Sequence record: SRR22947727_1461
Length of the DNA stretch: 64,000 bases
Reading direction: 5' to 3' (one strand)
The notes under the pieces were generated by a model. The model saw nothing but the letters and a program-made list of their open reading frames with translations. It searched no databases and was not told the origin of the DNA. Made by a program: the position numbers and the translations under genes. Within the stretch, counting starts at the first letter, position 1; each line of letters opens with the position of its first letter. Shown in pieces: positions 1 to 10,906 of the stretch.

Positions 1-268
1 CTGTAGCAAGGTTAATTTGTATAGAATCATTTTCGATCTCTTCGTCCTCAGTAACTGTTATTACACGACGCAAACTTTGGTCGCCAGTTACTGGGTCTAA
101 CTTTGCCCTAATATCAAGTTCAGAGCCGTAGCGCATTTTAGCTGCCTTCTGGATAGCCTCTTCTATGGCCCCTAATACTATCTCCTTGGGTATTGCCTTT
201 TCATCGGCAACTGCTTTCGCTATTTGTAATAACTCAAGTTTATTTGCACTAATTCCTGCAGTAGACAT
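1..268 (-). CDS. nusA: Transcription termination/antitermination factor NusA (5' part; runs off window start)
   Basis: Manual translation from ATG at 268: MSTAGISANKLELLQIAKAVADEKAIPKEIVLGAIEEAIQKAAKMRYG..., typical NusA N-terminus; AGGAG RBS upstream; follows rimP. Confidence 0.93.
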   Translation of the reverse strand, partial: MSTAGISANKLELLQIAKAVADEKAIPKEIVLGAIEEAIQKAAKMRYGSELDIRAKLDPVTGDQSLRRVITVTEDEEIENDSIQINLAT

Positions 269-276
269 AAGGTCTC

Positions 277-840
277 CTATTCACTTTTTACATTGGTTTT
301 TTGTTGTTTCACTTCGTTAGCTAAATTTTTTTTATCTTGACCTTCTTTAATCAGCTTATCTGTAATTAATAACTTAGACTCAGAAATCCATTCAAATGGA
401 ATCTGTGCAGTTTCAGTTTCACCATCTAAATCAATATCTATATTACTATCATAAACTCCAGCTATTACGCCACGGAACCTTTTACGTCCCTCTACCATCC
501 TGTCTAAATCAACCCTTGCTGTATAACCAACATAGTTTTCAAAGTCTTGAAGGGAAGTTAAAGGACGCTCTAGTCCTGGCGATGACACTTCAAGGATAAA
601 TGGATCATGAATCGGGTCTTCGACATCAAGTATTGCTGTAAGCTCACGAGAAAGCTTTTCACACTCTGAAATACCTAAAAGGCCATCAGAAATTCTTTCA
701 GCCATCACCTGAACTGTTTTCTTTTTGCCTGACTGAACTCGTATTCTTACAATATTTAAACCCATATCTTTTGCAACAGGATCCACAATTGCGAATATTC
801 TTTCATCAATATTCGTTTTCGTTTTCATAATATCTTTCAT
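277..840 (-). CDS. rimP: Ribosome maturation factor RimP
   Basis: LEVSSPGLERPL motif, GRKRFRG; upstream of nusA. Confidence 0.96.
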   Translation of the reverse strand: MKDIMKTKTNIDERIFAIVDPVAKDMGLNIVRIRVQSGKKKTVQVMAERISDGLLGISECEKLSRELTAILDVEDPIHDPFILEVSSPGLERPLTSLQDFENYVGYTARVDLDRMVEGRKRFRGVIAGVYDSNIDIDLDGETETAQIPFEWISESKLLITDKLIKEGQDKKNLANEVKQQKTNVKSE

Positions 841-860
841 ATTCTAACCAGGAGGACAAT

Positions 861-886
861 AAAAAAGGCGGCCTTTTGGGCCACCC
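861..886 (-). terminator. rimP-leader intrinsic terminator/attenuator-like hairpin
   Basis: Minus strand GGTGGCC-CAAAA-GGCCGCC followed by TTTTTT, about 20 nt upstream of the rimP start. Confidence 0.75.
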
Positions 887-971
887 TACAAGCATCCTGT
901 GCTAGAGGTAATTAATGTTGTCTAGTTAAGTTGATAATAAGAACTTTGCAAGCCTTAAGTTAATTAAAATA

Positions 972-1655
972 TTAAAATTTTATAAAATCAAAAAAATACC
1001 CCTGTCTACCTTCTCTTAATGCCTTTTCTAAATATCTAGTTTTAGGCCAGTTTTCAGGACGCTCCATCCAGTCTTTTTTTCCAGATGCATGCCATTCATA
1101 ACCATTATGTCTTTTAATTCTTGTAAGAACCCAGTCGACATAATCCGTAATATCACTTCCAAACCTCAAAGCTCCCCCTTTCTGAATTACACGATAAAGG
1201 TCGGAAAGAAGTTTTTCATTTATAAGTCTACGTTTATTATGACGTTTTTTTTGCCAAGGGTCTGGGAAAAGTATAAAAACTCGATTTATGCTACTGTCAG
1301 GTAGTAAGTTTATTATTTGCCTTGCATCACCCCTATATAGCAAAATATTTTTAAGTCTTTGATCAACAACTCCCTTAACGGCCTTTACTATACCATTTAA
1401 AAAAGGCTCAACTCCTATTATTGTGATATCAGGGTTATTTTTTGCCTGCCATAAAATATGTTCAGCTCCTCCAAAACCAATTTCTAACCAGACTTCCCCT
1501 TCAATATTGGCGAGAGGATTCTTTAAAAATTCTACTGATTTACTTATATCTATTTTAGGATACTCTTTTTGCATCAAGAGCTCTTGATTAGTACTCAAAG
1601 GTTTTCCTTTAGATCTACCAAAAGTTCTTAAAGGTTTTAAAATGTTTTCTTCCAT
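972..1655 (-). CDS. trmB: tRNA (guanine-N7)-methyltransferase TrmB
   Basis: LEIGFGGAEH SAM motif, FPDPWQKKRHNKRRL, TRY. Confidence 0.96.
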   Translation of the reverse strand: MEENILKPLRTFGRSKGKPLSTNQELLMQKEYPKIDISKSVEFLKNPLANIEGEVWLEIGFGGAEHILWQAKNNPDITIIGVEPFLNGIVKAVKGVVDQRLKNILLYRGDARQIINLLPDSSINRVFILFPDPWQKKRHNKRRLINEKLLSDLYRVIQKGGALRFGSDITDYVDWVLTRIKRHNGYEWHASGKKDWMERPENWPKTRYLEKALREGRQGYFFDFIKF

Positions 1656-1698
1656 CCACTCAACTCATTTAAGGAATTAATTTAAAAGGGGTAACAAT

Positions 1699-3297
1699 TT
1701 ATGTTCTTACATTTCTACAGCTCAAAAAGGTAAATCCCGTTGCAACCAAAAGGTTTATAAAAAATAAAACATAATTTATGTACTTTGAAAAAATTGTTTT
1801 TGGCATCGGTTTTGGTAATTTAATATCTAAAAATCCAGTTTCTTCAGGTCCTATAAATTGCTCATAATAACCAAGTGGACTTATAATTCCCGAAACACCG
1901 TTGGCGGCAGCACGAACAACCGGAACTCCCTCTTCGATAGCCCTATATGCTGCCATATTAGAATGCTGAAACGGTCCAAAACTATTTCCAAACCATGCAT
2001 CATTAGATTGATTAAGAATCCATTGAGGACGCTCTTTATTTTTTGGGTTTGGAGTAAAGCCTGAAAAAATGATTTCATAACAAATTTGAGAGCTAACGAG
2101 GGGTAAACCAGGAAACACAACATTGAACTTATTAGGAGCGGAGGAGATAGATAAGAGCGATGTAGATATAACGGGCACCTTTCGAATTTCCATCCATTTA
2201 CCACCTGGAATAAATTCACCAAATGGAACTAAACGTACCTTATCATTATATGCTGCCAATGAAGGAGTACCTAAATTATCAAATTCAACGGCAGCTGATG
2301 TATTGTAATAATAATCTATAGGACTATTTGATTTATTAGAAAAGCGCAATTCATGCCGCAAGGAATTAATCAACCAGACAGGAGGATTTTCTGTTCTTTG
2401 AGCTAAATATTGACCCATTGCTAATAGCAAGCCCTTATTTTCAAGGGCAAGACCACTGACAGCACCCTCAGGCCAAACTATATGTGTAATATTTTCAATT
2501 CCAGGAGATATAGATTCTGATAAATATCTTTTTGTAATCTCAACTGATTTTAAAGAGTTGAATTTATCCTTTTGCTCAAATCTAATCTGAACAATCCTTA
2601 ACTTTACGTTCTCAACATATACAGAGGTTTCACTTAACAGTCTTGCAGAGCCAAATAAAAATATGGCTCCAGTCGCGATAGTAAAAACAACCAGACCCTG
2701 CCATTTAAAATCTGTGAAAATAATAATATAAACCAAATAACCTAAGCTTAATGCAAAAAAGGTTAAACCATAAACTCCCCATATAGAAGCAGACTGAGAA
2801 ATTGCCCCCCCGGCCACGAAGATATAACCCAATAAGTTCCATGGTAAGCCTCCAAATATAGTTCCACGAATAAACTCTGCCAAAAAGAATAAGGAAACGA
2901 ATCCAAAATAATCGACTAAACCACTTTTTTGCGCCTTACTAAAAAGAGCGCCAGCCAATCCCCAAAAAGAAGCCAATATTAAACTTAAGAATATCACCAT
3001 AGGCGGCATAATTATTATAAATTCGGTACCCCTGGCGATAAAAGCAGAACCAATCCAATAAGTTCCTGCGATAAAATACCCAAATCCAAAGCAAAAGCCC
3101 TCACTAAAACCTGAAATAATTGGCTTACTTTTTTCTCTAGCTAATTTAAGCCGAGCTACCAGGCACGCTACACAAATAATAGTTATAAACCACAAATGAA
3201 AAGGGGCCTGACCCAATATAGCTATAACACCCAAAGCTAAGGAATATAATTGCCCGCTCCTTGATGAATTCATAAATGAAGATTTAATTGGTATCAC
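1699..3297 (-). CDS. lnt: Apolipoprotein N-acyltransferase
   Basis: TM N-half, WPE, K..LVPFGE, QICYE, SNDAWFG nitrilase-fold motifs. Confidence 0.95.
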   Translation of the reverse strand: MIPIKSSFMNSSRSGQLYSLALGVIAILGQAPFHLWFITIICVACLVARLKLAREKSKPIISGFSEGFCFGFGYFIAGTYWIGSAFIARGTEFIIIMPPMVIFLSLILASFWGLAGALFSKAQKSGLVDYFGFVSLFFLAEFIRGTIFGGLPWNLLGYIFVAGGAISQSASIWGVYGLTFFALSLGYLVYIIIFTDFKWQGLVVFTIATGAIFLFGSARLLSETSVYVENVKLRIVQIRFEQKDKFNSLKSVEITKRYLSESISPGIENITHIVWPEGAVSGLALENKGLLLAMGQYLAQRTENPPVWLINSLRHELRFSNKSNSPIDYYYNTSAAVEFDNLGTPSLAAYNDKVRLVPFGEFIPGGKWMEIRKVPVISTSLLSISSAPNKFNVVFPGLPLVSSQICYEIIFSGFTPNPKNKERPQWILNQSNDAWFGNSFGPFQHSNMAAYRAIEEGVPVVRAAANGVSGIISPLGYYEQFIGPEETGFLDIKLPKPMPKTIFSKYINYVLFFINLLVATGFTFLSCRNVRT

Positions 3298-4178
3298 TTT
3301 TCTTGTTTTAACAGGTTTTTATTTATCGTGTCACTTATACGAAGTCGCTTTACACGTCGGGGGTCAGCATCAATGACCTCAAACTCTATATCGTCCGGGT
3401 GACGTATGATTTCACCACGCTCTGGAACCCGTCCCGCAAGAGTAAAGATTAGACCGCCCAAAGTATCAACATCATCTTCTTCGTCTGGGGTAGCAAAATC
3501 TCGGCCAAGTATTTTTTCGAAATCATTTATATTGGTACGCGCATCAGTTTCCCATACAAGATGGCCGCCCTTATCTGATATCACTTGTATTGCATGATCA
3601 ACATCGTCATGTTCATCTTCTATTTCACCTACAATTTCCTCTATGAGATCTTCAATAGTAACAATCCCATCTGTCCCACCGTATTCATCAACAACAATAG
3701 CCATATGCGACCTACGAGCCTGCATTCGGTTTAATAAATCTTGCGCTAACATAGATGGTGGAACAAAAAGTACAGGCCGACAGATACTACGAATTATTTT
3801 CTTATTGGGGTAAGTTTTTGATTGTCGACCTTTCGCATCGAACAAAAGGTACGGCAAGACATCTTTAATATGCACCATTCCAACCGGATTATCTAAAGAA
3901 TCTTTATAAACAGGAAGACGTGAATGCCCAGCTGTTTCAAAAGTTTTTGAGAGTTCTGTCAAAGACGCAGATACATCAATAGCTACTATATTTGCCAACG
4001 GAACCATAACGTCTTCTACAGTGACAAGATGAAAACGCTGAGCAGCATCAACCATTTCCTCTTGCATTGAGTCATTTTTATTATTTAAAACTGCATCACC
4101 TACATCATAGACAACTTGGGTTGGCTTGAGGCCTATTAACTTAAGGAGGAAGCCAAAAGGGCTTTTGTTTTTAATCAT
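3294..4178 (-). CDS. corC: CBS-pair/CorC_HlyC domain protein (Mg/Co efflux-associated CorC/YbeX-like)
   Basis: HSRLPVY, VVDEYGGTDGIVTIEDLIEEIVGEIEDEHD, DTLGGL; ybeY-corC-lnt synteny. Confidence 0.88.
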   Translation of the reverse strand: MIKNKSPFGFLLKLIGLKPTQVVYDVGDAVLNNKNDSMQEEMVDAAQRFHLVTVEDVMVPLANIVAIDVSASLTELSKTFETAGHSRLPVYKDSLDNPVGMVHIKDVLPYLLFDAKGRQSKTYPNKKIIRSICRPVLFVPPSMLAQDLLNRMQARRSHMAIVVDEYGGTDGIVTIEDLIEEIVGEIEDEHDDVDHAIQVISDKGGHLVWETDARTNINDFEKILGRDFATPDEEDDVDTLGGLIFTLAGRVPERGEIIRHPDDIEFEVIDADPRRVKRLRISDTINKNLLKQEK

Positions 4179-4184
4179 CAGAAA

Positions 4185-4658
4185 TTACTCGTCTTCGATT
4201 TTATAGGGATTGTCAATATTCAACTCTGAAAGTACTCGAACTTCTAACTTCTCCATAATATTAGCTTCTTGGTCTGTTTGATGGTCAAAACCCTGAAGGT
4301 GGAGAAAACCATGAACCATCATATGAATTAAATGGTGCTCGAATGGGATAAATAGTTCTTCAGCTTCTTTTTTCAAGGTTTCATAAGACAATATGATTTC
4401 GCCCAGTATAGGTGTGGGCCCGTTACTTGGGAAAGACAAAACATTCGTTGCTTTATTTTTATTACGGAATTTCTTATTTAAAGATTGAATTTCTTTATCA
4501 TCCACCAATGCAATACTTAGTTCGTTCGCTATTGGCCTCTCTAGTAGTATTAGAATTTTTTGAATTACACTAGGAGTAATACCTTTTATATAAGATTCAT
4601 AATTTACCCAAGGCCTTGCCCTTACACTCACATCAAAATTGAAAGGAGTTTGGGCCAC
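4185..4658 (-). CDS. ybeY: rRNA maturation endoribonuclease YbeY
   Basis: TNVLSFP and HGFLHLQGFDH zinc motif. Confidence 0.96.
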   Translation of the reverse strand: MAQTPFNFDVSVRARPWVNYESYIKGITPSVIQKILILLERPIANELSIALVDDKEIQSLNKKFRNKNKATNVLSFPSNGPTPILGEIILSYETLKKEAEELFIPFEHHLIHMMVHGFLHLQGFDHQTDQEANIMEKLEVRVLSELNIDNPYKIEDE

Positions 4659-5626
4659 TATTTCGGAATTCCGCCTTTGGACTTAGAGGCTTTTTCATAC
4701 GCATTCACTATTCGTCCTACTAATGGATGACGCACAACATCTGAAGCCTCAAAGACTACCTGCTCTATCCCCCTAATTCCTTTCAGTATATTTAAAGCGT
4801 GTGCCAAACCAGAGGTTGTACTCGAAGGCAAGTCACTTTGACTTGGATCTCCTGTTACAGCATATTTTGCTCGTTCGCCCAAGCGGGTTAGCACCATTTT
4901 CATTTGAGGTATTGTTGCATTTTGTGCTTCATCTATTACAACAAATGCATCTGATAAAGTTCTACCCCTCATAAATGCTAGAGGTACAACTTCTATATCT
5001 CCCGATGCGCGGCGACGGTCAACCTCATCTCGTCCTAATACCATATGGAGTGCATCCCATATGGGTTGCATATAAGGGTCTACTTTTTCATTTAGATCCC
5101 CCGGTAAAAAACCAAGCCTCTCTCCAGCTTCAACCGCAGGTCGACATGCAATAAAACGAGCTACTTCACCCCGTGCTAAAAGAGAGGCGCCATAAGCAGT
5201 TGCTAAAAAAGTTTTTCCTGTTCCTGCAGGCCCTACACCAAAACAGATAGTTTCATCACGCATGGCATGTATAAATTTTTCCTGCCTTGGGGTTTTAGGA
5301 ACTATTGGAGACCTTCTTGGGAAAGGTATTATAGCATCAGCTGCAGCAGCCTTTACCTTGCCCTTTCCGATTGCCTTTATCAAAGCTCTTATATCAGAAA
5401 TACCACACGGCCAGCCCCTTTCTAACCTTTGATAAACTTCTTTTATAAGCTCTCCAGCTCTGGCTATACTTGGTCCATCTCCATTGATATGAACTGATGT
5501 TCCAGGAGCTTCGATATAGACGCCAAAAGCTTCTTCAATAAGAGCCAAATTAGCATGATTTGGACCACACATTTTTCTCACTAAATCTGTATCAGAAAAT
5601 TCTAGTACTTGGGTTTCTTTCGACAT
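4658..5626 (-). CDS. phoH: PhoH-family ATPase (YbeZ-like)
   Basis: GPAGTGKT, RPAVEAGERLGFLPGD, MRGRTL, DEAQN. Confidence 0.95.
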   Translation of the reverse strand: MSKETQVLEFSDTDLVRKMCGPNHANLALIEEAFGVYIEAPGTSVHINGDGPSIARAGELIKEVYQRLERGWPCGISDIRALIKAIGKGKVKAAAADAIIPFPRRSPIVPKTPRQEKFIHAMRDETICFGVGPAGTGKTFLATAYGASLLARGEVARFIACRPAVEAGERLGFLPGDLNEKVDPYMQPIWDALHMVLGRDEVDRRRASGDIEVVPLAFMRGRTLSDAFVVIDEAQNATIPQMKMVLTRLGERAKYAVTGDPSQSDLPSSTTSGLAHALNILKGIRGIEQVVFEASDVVRHPLVGRIVNAYEKASKSKGGIPK

Positions 5627-5632
5627 AGAACG

Positions 5633-5662
5633 ATATTAGATGCAATAAATACTAATTGTCTA
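5633..5662 (-). promoter_or_regulatory. Putative sigma70-type promoter of phoH (likely leaderless)
   Basis: TAGACA-N18-TAATAT-N6-ATG on minus strand, no SD sequence. Confidence 0.45.
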
Positions 5663-5743
5663 TAGAAGACTAAAATTACTAATAAATAAATATTAAAACT
5701 TATAAATTTTACTCAGTAAAAACATCTATTTATAAATATAATA

Positions 5744-7225
5744 TTATTCCTGCACCAACTCTCCTGAAAGTGAATTACGTCCAGCTTTGGTAATTAAAAC
5801 TGGCCTTATTTGGCCAATTAAATCGGCAGATCCATTAAAGTGTGTGCCCTGCAAATAAGGACTTCGACCAAAAAGTTGGGTTTCTCCACGACCAACATTT
5901 TCAATTAAAACGTCTAAGGTCTGACCAACTAAAGATTCATTAAACTCAAGTTGTTGAGAATAAAGTAAGTCCTGCAACCTTTTCAAGCGGTCTGATTTAA
6001 CATCTTCAGAGACCTGTTGAGGTAAACTAGCACCAGGAGTACCCGGTCGCACAGAGTATTTAAAAGAAAATGAACTGGCATAACCTATTTCTTCAACACA
6101 TCTCATTGTTTGCTGAAAGTCAGTTTCTGTTTCACCCGGAAATCCCACAATAAAGTCGCCAGATAGGGCTATATCAGGACGAGATGACCGAATCTTGTCA
6201 ATTAAAAGTTTATATTCTTGATAAGTATGGCCCCTATTCATAGCGTTTAAAACTTTATCCGAACCAGCCTGAATAGGAAGATGCAAATAGGGCATTAATT
6301 TCGGTTCTGCTCCTAGTATGGATATTAAATTGTCATCCATATCCCTAGGGTGTGAAGTAGTAAAACGTAACCTATCGATACCACCTATCAATGCAATATG
6401 GCTTATAAGTTCGCCCAAACCCCATTGTTTGAAATTTGGCCCCATTATACTGTAAGCATCCACATTCTGACCTATTAATGTAATTTCTCTAACTCCTTGT
6501 GAAGCTAAATTACGTGCTTCATTTATAATCTGATCTACAGGGCGTGATACCTCAGCTCCACGTGTATATGGAACTACACAAAATGTGCAAAATTTATCAC
6601 ATCCTTCTTGAATAGTAAGAAAAGATGAAAAGCCTTTTACATGACGTGACTCTGGTAGATTATCGAACTTCTCTAAAGTATCAAAATCGGTTTCCAATAC
6701 TTCGCCAGAATTTCTGTGAACTTTAGCAATCATTTCAGGTAATTTATGATAAGTCTGAGGACCTAAAACCATATCAACAACTGGGGCCCGGCGCTTGATT
6801 TCTGAACCTTCAGCTTGTGCAACGCAACCGGCGACTGCAACTTTCATTCCGGGATTATTTTTTTTCTTTAATTGGCGAATTCTTCCCAACTCAGAGTAAA
6901 CTTTTTCAGCCGCCTTTTCTCTTATATGGCAGGTATTTAAAATTACTAAATCTGCATCTTCAGGCGTTTCGACAGGCATGTAACCTATTGGTGACAATAC
7001 ATCTACCATTCGCTCGCTATCATATACATTCATCTGACAACCGTAGGTTTTAATAAAAACCTTTTTTGCATTATCACTAATTTTTTTATTGTTATATAAA
7101 ATTGAAGGTTTATTAATATCACGAGGCTTATTTTTATTAACATCAGCGGTTTTATATCCTGACTCGGACTTTGATTGCTTGATGTTACGTGACGCGTTTT
7201 TATCGCGCGGTAACAAAACTGTCAT
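5744..7225 (-). CDS. miaB: tRNA-2-methylthio-N6-dimethylallyladenosine synthase MiaB
   Basis: [16 protein letters not shown], radical [12 protein letters not shown]-terminal TRAM; about 50-aa N-terminal extension. Confidence 0.96.
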   Translation of the reverse strand: MTVLLPRDKNASRNIKQSKSESGYKTADVNKNKPRDINKPSILYNNKKISDNAKKVFIKTYGCQMNVYDSERMVDVLSPIGYMPVETPEDADLVILNTCHIREKAAEKVYSELGRIRQLKKKNNPGMKVAVAGCVAQAEGSEIKRRAPVVDMVLGPQTYHKLPEMIAKVHRNSGEVLETDFDTLEKFDNLPESRHVKGFSSFLTIQEGCDKFCTFCVVPYTRGAEVSRPVDQIINEARNLASQGVREITLIGQNVDAYSIMGPNFKQWGLGELISHIALIGGIDRLRFTTSHPRDMDDNLISILGAEPKLMPYLHLPIQAGSDKVLNAMNRGHTYQEYKLLIDKIRSSRPDIALSGDFIVGFPGETETDFQQTMRCVEEIGYASSFSFKYSVRPGTPGASLPQQVSEDVKSDRLKRLQDLLYSQQLEFNESLVGQTLDVLIENVGRGETQLFGRSPYLQGTHFNGSADLIGQIRPVLITKAGRNSLSGELVQE

Positions 7226-7338
7226 TTAAATTTCTCTCATAATCTTTTGACTTAGACGTATAATCGGAAGAAGTGACTTCTGCAAGTACTACTTGTTTTC
7301 AGCAGAAATTTTAAATTATAAAAATAGATAGGCAGTTA

Positions 7339-7752
7339 TTATTTAATTTTTCGTCCATAAAGCTCAAGGCGATGATCAACTAGCTCATAACCAAGCTTTT
7401 CAGCAATTTTATGCTGTAATTTCTCTATTTCATCATCAACAAACTCTATAACATCCCCTGTAGTAACATCAATAAGGTGATCATGATGGTCATCATCAGT
7501 AGTTTCATAACGAGCACGACCATCTCTAAAGTCATGCGTTTCAATAATGCCTGCTTCAGAAAAAAGCCTCACTGTTCTGTAAACAGTTGCTAAAGAAATT
7601 TTTGGGTCAATGGCTGTAGCACGTGCATATAAATCTTCTGCATCAGGATGGTCATTGGCCTGCGAAAGAACTTTAGCTATTACTTTCCTCTGATCTGTCA
7701 TTCGCAAACCACGCTCAGTACATTTTTTTTCTATCCAACTAATCATGTACAA
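7339..7752 (-). CDS. fur: Fur-family transcriptional regulator (alphaproteobacterial Fur/Mur)
   Basis: GLRMTDQR, DHPD, SLATVYRT, HHDHLID; start may be the second Met at 7746. Confidence 0.93.
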   Translation of the reverse strand: MYMISWIEKKCTERGLRMTDQRKVIAKVLSQANDHPDAEDLYARATAIDPKISLATVYRTVRLFSEAGIIETHDFRDGRARYETTDDDHHDHLIDVTTGDVIEFVDDEIEKLQHKIAEKLGYELVDHRLELYGRKIK

Positions 7753-7770
7753 AGTTTAGCCTAGTTCATG

Positions 7771-8202
7771 CTATACGGCAAGATATTTACGGTAAGTAAT
7801 TGCTGCAACTCTTCCAGTAGCTCTCCTATAGTAGGACGGCCTTCTACCTATGGGTTCAAATCCCTCTTTTTTATAAAAATTTATTGCAGGGTGATTGTCC
7901 TCGGCAACTTCAAGAAATAGTATATTTGTGCCATTATTTTTTAATTCTGTTTCAGCTACAGATAATAAAGCACTTGCTATTCCTTTTCTCATCTTTTTTG
8001 GATCAACTGCAATGGTTATAATTTCTGATTGGCCTTCAACTAAACTAACAATAATGAAACCATGAACTGGTCGAGAAAAACCAAAGCAGAGGTCTTTTTT
8101 AATATGCGAGAGCATATCCTCTTCACTCCAGGAAGCATAGAATGATTTACCATGCAAAATAGACATATCTTGAGCATCATCATTAACAAGGAAGCGTATC
8201 AT
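7771..8202 (-). CDS. rimI: RimI-like GNAT N-acetyltransferase
   Basis: EIITIAV..RKGIA, LEVAEDN..A..FY...GF..GRR..YY; follows tsaB. Confidence 0.88.
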   Translation of the reverse strand: MIRFLVNDDAQDMSILHGKSFYASWSEEDMLSHIKKDLCFGFSRPVHGFIIVSLVEGQSEIITIAVDPKKMRKGIASALLSVAETELKNNGTNILFLEVAEDNHPAINFYKKEGFEPIGRRPSYYRRATGRVAAITYRKYLAV

Positions 8203-8801
8203 TAGCCTCTAATGCCTTTCGAAACCTTAGCGTCAGGTGCTCTGGAATAGAATGGTTTGGCAGGATACTTAATAGGCGATAAATTAATACTCATTTTTGC
8301 CATAGTTCGCACATCATTAAACTGGTCTATTAATAATAAGTCATGCTTTAACTTCATAAAACTATTTTTTGCTGCGTTAACCGTTTCTGTTACAGGCGGG
8401 TGCAGTTCACAACCCATAAAAAAAGCACTCCAACAGAGCTCCCCACGGCGAACATCCGAAACAGATATTATGTTTTTTTTCTTGTCGGGGTCTGCTTGGT
8501 AGGCCCATAACTCTAAAGAAGATATACCTAAAACTGGTAATTTCTTAGGAATAGCTATGCCGCATGCAAAAGCAAGGGAGGCCCGCAGACCCGTGAAACT
8601 ACCAGGGCCCTTACATACAGAAATTTTTTTAATATCGTTGATGCAAACGTCTGCATCCTTAATTAACTCTGCAACCATTGGAGCCAATCGCTCAGAATGA
8701 CCTTTGTCTATTTTTTCCGACTTATATGCGATCGTTTTTTCAGGGTTTATTATTGCGGCTGAACAATAAGCGCCAGTGGTATCAATTCCCAGAACAAGCA
8801 T
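8202..8801 (-). CDS. tsaB: tRNA t6A biosynthesis protein TsaB
   Basis: LGIDTT, HSERL, GPGSFTGLR. Confidence 0.95.
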   Translation of the reverse strand: MLVLGIDTTGAYCSAAIINPEKTIAYKSEKIDKGHSERLAPMVAELIKDADVCINDIKKISVCKGPGSFTGLRASLAFACGIAIPKKLPVLGISSLELWAYQADPDKKKNIISVSDVRRGELCWSAFFMGCELHPPVTETVNAAKNSFMKLKHDLLLIDQFNDVRTMAKMSINLSPIKYPAKPFYSRAPDAKVSKGIRG

Positions 8802-8804
8802 AAA

Positions 8805-9377
8805 TTAAGTTATTTGTTCAACACGGGTTACTTCAGGCACATAATGCTTTAAAAGATTTTCTATTCCAGATTTAAGGGTCATAGTAGAACTTGGACATCC
8901 GGAACATGCTCCTCGCATCTCTAAATAAACTGAACCATCTTCTTTATTAAATTGTCGAAACACTATATCTCCGCCATCTTGTGCCACTGCAGGCCTAACT
9001 CTTAATTCAATTAACTCTTTAATTTGTTCAACTATCTCTAATGTTTCACCTTCATAAGTAACATCTTGGGTGGTTGCTTGTATTCGATCAACCAAAGGTT
9101 CCCCTCCAGCGACATAGAAGTCCATAATTGCTCCCAATACTGCAGGTTTTAAATGCTTCCAATTTGCAGAATCAAATTTTGAAACAGAAATATAATCTAC
9201 CCCAAAAAAAACACGGGTAATATCTGGTATCATAAAAAGCATTTCGGCTAGAGGGGCATTTGAAACATCTTCACCTCGTGAAATTTCAACTGGTGGTTGC
9301 CCTTCCCCAGTAACAGTTTTTCCAGGAAGAAATTTTAATGTGGAGGGGTTAGGCGTGTCTTCTGTTTGAATAAACAT
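8805..9377 (-). CDS. nfuA: NifU/Nfu-family Fe-S carrier
   Basis: MFIQTEDTPNP N-domain, RVRPAVAQDGGD, GACSGCPSS. Confidence 0.92.
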   Translation of the reverse strand: MFIQTEDTPNPSTLKFLPGKTVTGEGQPPVEISRGEDVSNAPLAEMLFMIPDITRVFFGVDYISVSKFDSANWKHLKPAVLGAIMDFYVAGGEPLVDRIQATTQDVTYEGETLEIVEQIKELIELRVRPAVAQDGGDIVFRQFNKEDGSVYLEMRGACSGCPSSTMTLKSGIENLLKHYVPEVTRVEQIT

Positions 9378-9400
9378 ATATACTCTTATTTTTTCTTTAA

Positions 9401-9874
9401 CTAATTAATGGTTTCTTTTTTTAAAATTGCTGTGACCTCAATTGATGGTAAATTTTCAAAATTCAGTAATAATGGAATACCATTTAAATGATTAGACAAA
9501 TTAGCTTCAAATAACATCAGATGTAACCCTCCTTGCGCAAGCTCTACCGTCTCTCCTGCCATGATATTAAGGTTATTCAGTTTTCGCATTCGCATTATTT
9601 TGCCATCATGAATATGATTATGAATTTCAATTGTCTGACTAACTGGGCTAGTAATGGAAATTAAGTTAACTTTATTATTGCTTAAATTTTGTATACTCAT
9701 ATAGGCACTCGCAATATTCCTTCCTGCCAAAGGTGGGTTAATATAAGCTGAACTCACATTAATTATTTCTGATATCTGGCTTTCATCGTTTCCGCCACTA
9801 ATCGGTCCAAATTTTTCTTGGGCAGTACAAGATATTTGAACTACGCATAATAGAAATGTTAAAAAATACTTCAT
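9401..9874 (-). CDS. Periplasmic copper chaperone PCu(A)C
   Basis: EIH...MRM...GGLHLML Cu-binding motif and signal peptide; start placed at MKYF (9874) to avoid overlapping trpS. Confidence 0.88.
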   Translation of the reverse strand: MKYFLTFLLCVVQISCTAQEKFGPISGGNDESQISEIINVSSAYINPPLAGRNIASAYMSIQNLSNNKVNLISITSPVSQTIEIHNHIHDGKIMRMRKLNNLNIMAGETVELAQGGLHLMLFEANLSNHLNGIPLLLNFENLPSIEVTAILKKETIN

Positions 9875-9875
9875 G

Positions 9876-10904
9876 CTATGACCCAGAAAACCCAATTATT
9901 CGTCTTACTTCTGCCACAATTGGGTCGGAAATTTCTGAAGCCCTATCAGCTGCTTTTGAGAGGATACGGTTTAATTCTTCGGGGTCACTTAAATAGCGGT
10001 TCATGAGTTCAGTAATCGGCTGCATTTTACTCACTGCTAGGTCAGCAAGCGCAGGCTTAAATATACCAAAGCCCTTACCCGAGTACTCCAATAAAACCTC
10101 TTGGTTAGACATACCCGATAAAGCAGCATAAATTCCAACTAGGTTTTTTACTTCTGGCCGACCTTCAAGCTCCTCTAATGTCGATGGAACCGTACCTGAA
10201 TCGGTTTTTGCTTTGCGGATTTTCTTTGAAATTTTATCTGAGTCATCCGTTAAATTAATTCTAGAATTATCAGAGGGATCAGATTTAGACATCTTCTCTG
10301 TACCATCGCGCAAACTCATAACCCTTGCTCCTGGACCTTTTATTAAAGGCTCACACAAGGGAAAAAAGTTAGGAGTAGAAAAATCATGATTAAACTTCGC
10401 AGCAATATCCCTAGTCAATTCTAAATGTTGCTTTTGATCTTCGCCAACGGGAACATGTGTCGCTTTGAAAGCAAGTATATCAGCAGCTTGTAATACGGGG
10501 TAATTATAAAGGCCAACAGACATTTTTTCTGAATTCTTTCCTGCTTTATCTTTAAATTGTGTCATACGGTTCAACCAACCAATGCGAGCCACACAATTAA
10601 AGTACCAGGCTAGTTCAGAGTGAGCCTTAACAGATGACTGGTTATAAACTATCGCTTTGGAAGGATCCACGCCTGATGCAAGGTATGCAGCGGCGATGTG
10701 GCGAGTTTGCTTGGCTAATTTTTTTGGATCTTGCCAAACTGTTATGGCATGTAAATCGACGATACAGTAAATACATTCCATTTTTTCTTGAAGGTTTACG
10801 AACTTTTTTAAAGCACCTAAATAATTACCCAAATGTAAATCGCCTGATGGCTGAACACCAGAAAAAACTCGATTAGGGCCGTTATAAGTATTTTCATCTG
10901 TCAC
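9876..10904 (-). CDS. trpS: Tryptophan--tRNA ligase
   Basis: [23 protein letters not shown]. Confidence 0.98.
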   Translation of the reverse strand: MTDENTYNGPNRVFSGVQPSGDLHLGNYLGALKKFVNLQEKMECIYCIVDLHAITVWQDPKKLAKQTRHIAAAYLASGVDPSKAIVYNQSSVKAHSELAWYFNCVARIGWLNRMTQFKDKAGKNSEKMSVGLYNYPVLQAADILAFKATHVPVGEDQKQHLELTRDIAAKFNHDFSTPNFFPLCEPLIKGPGARVMSLRDGTEKMSKSDPSDNSRINLTDDSDKISKKIRKAKTDSGTVPSTLEELEGRPEVKNLVGIYAALSGMSNQEVLLEYSGKGFGIFKPALADLAVSKMQPITELMNRYLSDPEELNRILSKAADRASEISDPIVAEVRRIIGFSGS

Positions 10905-10906
10905 TT

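Noticed and set aside
7183-7215. Imperfect hairpin (TGTTAC..CGCG..CGCG..GTAACA) at the 5' end of miaB
   Set aside because: Lies within the probable coding sequence, is bulged, has no U-tract and resembles no RNA family I recognise.
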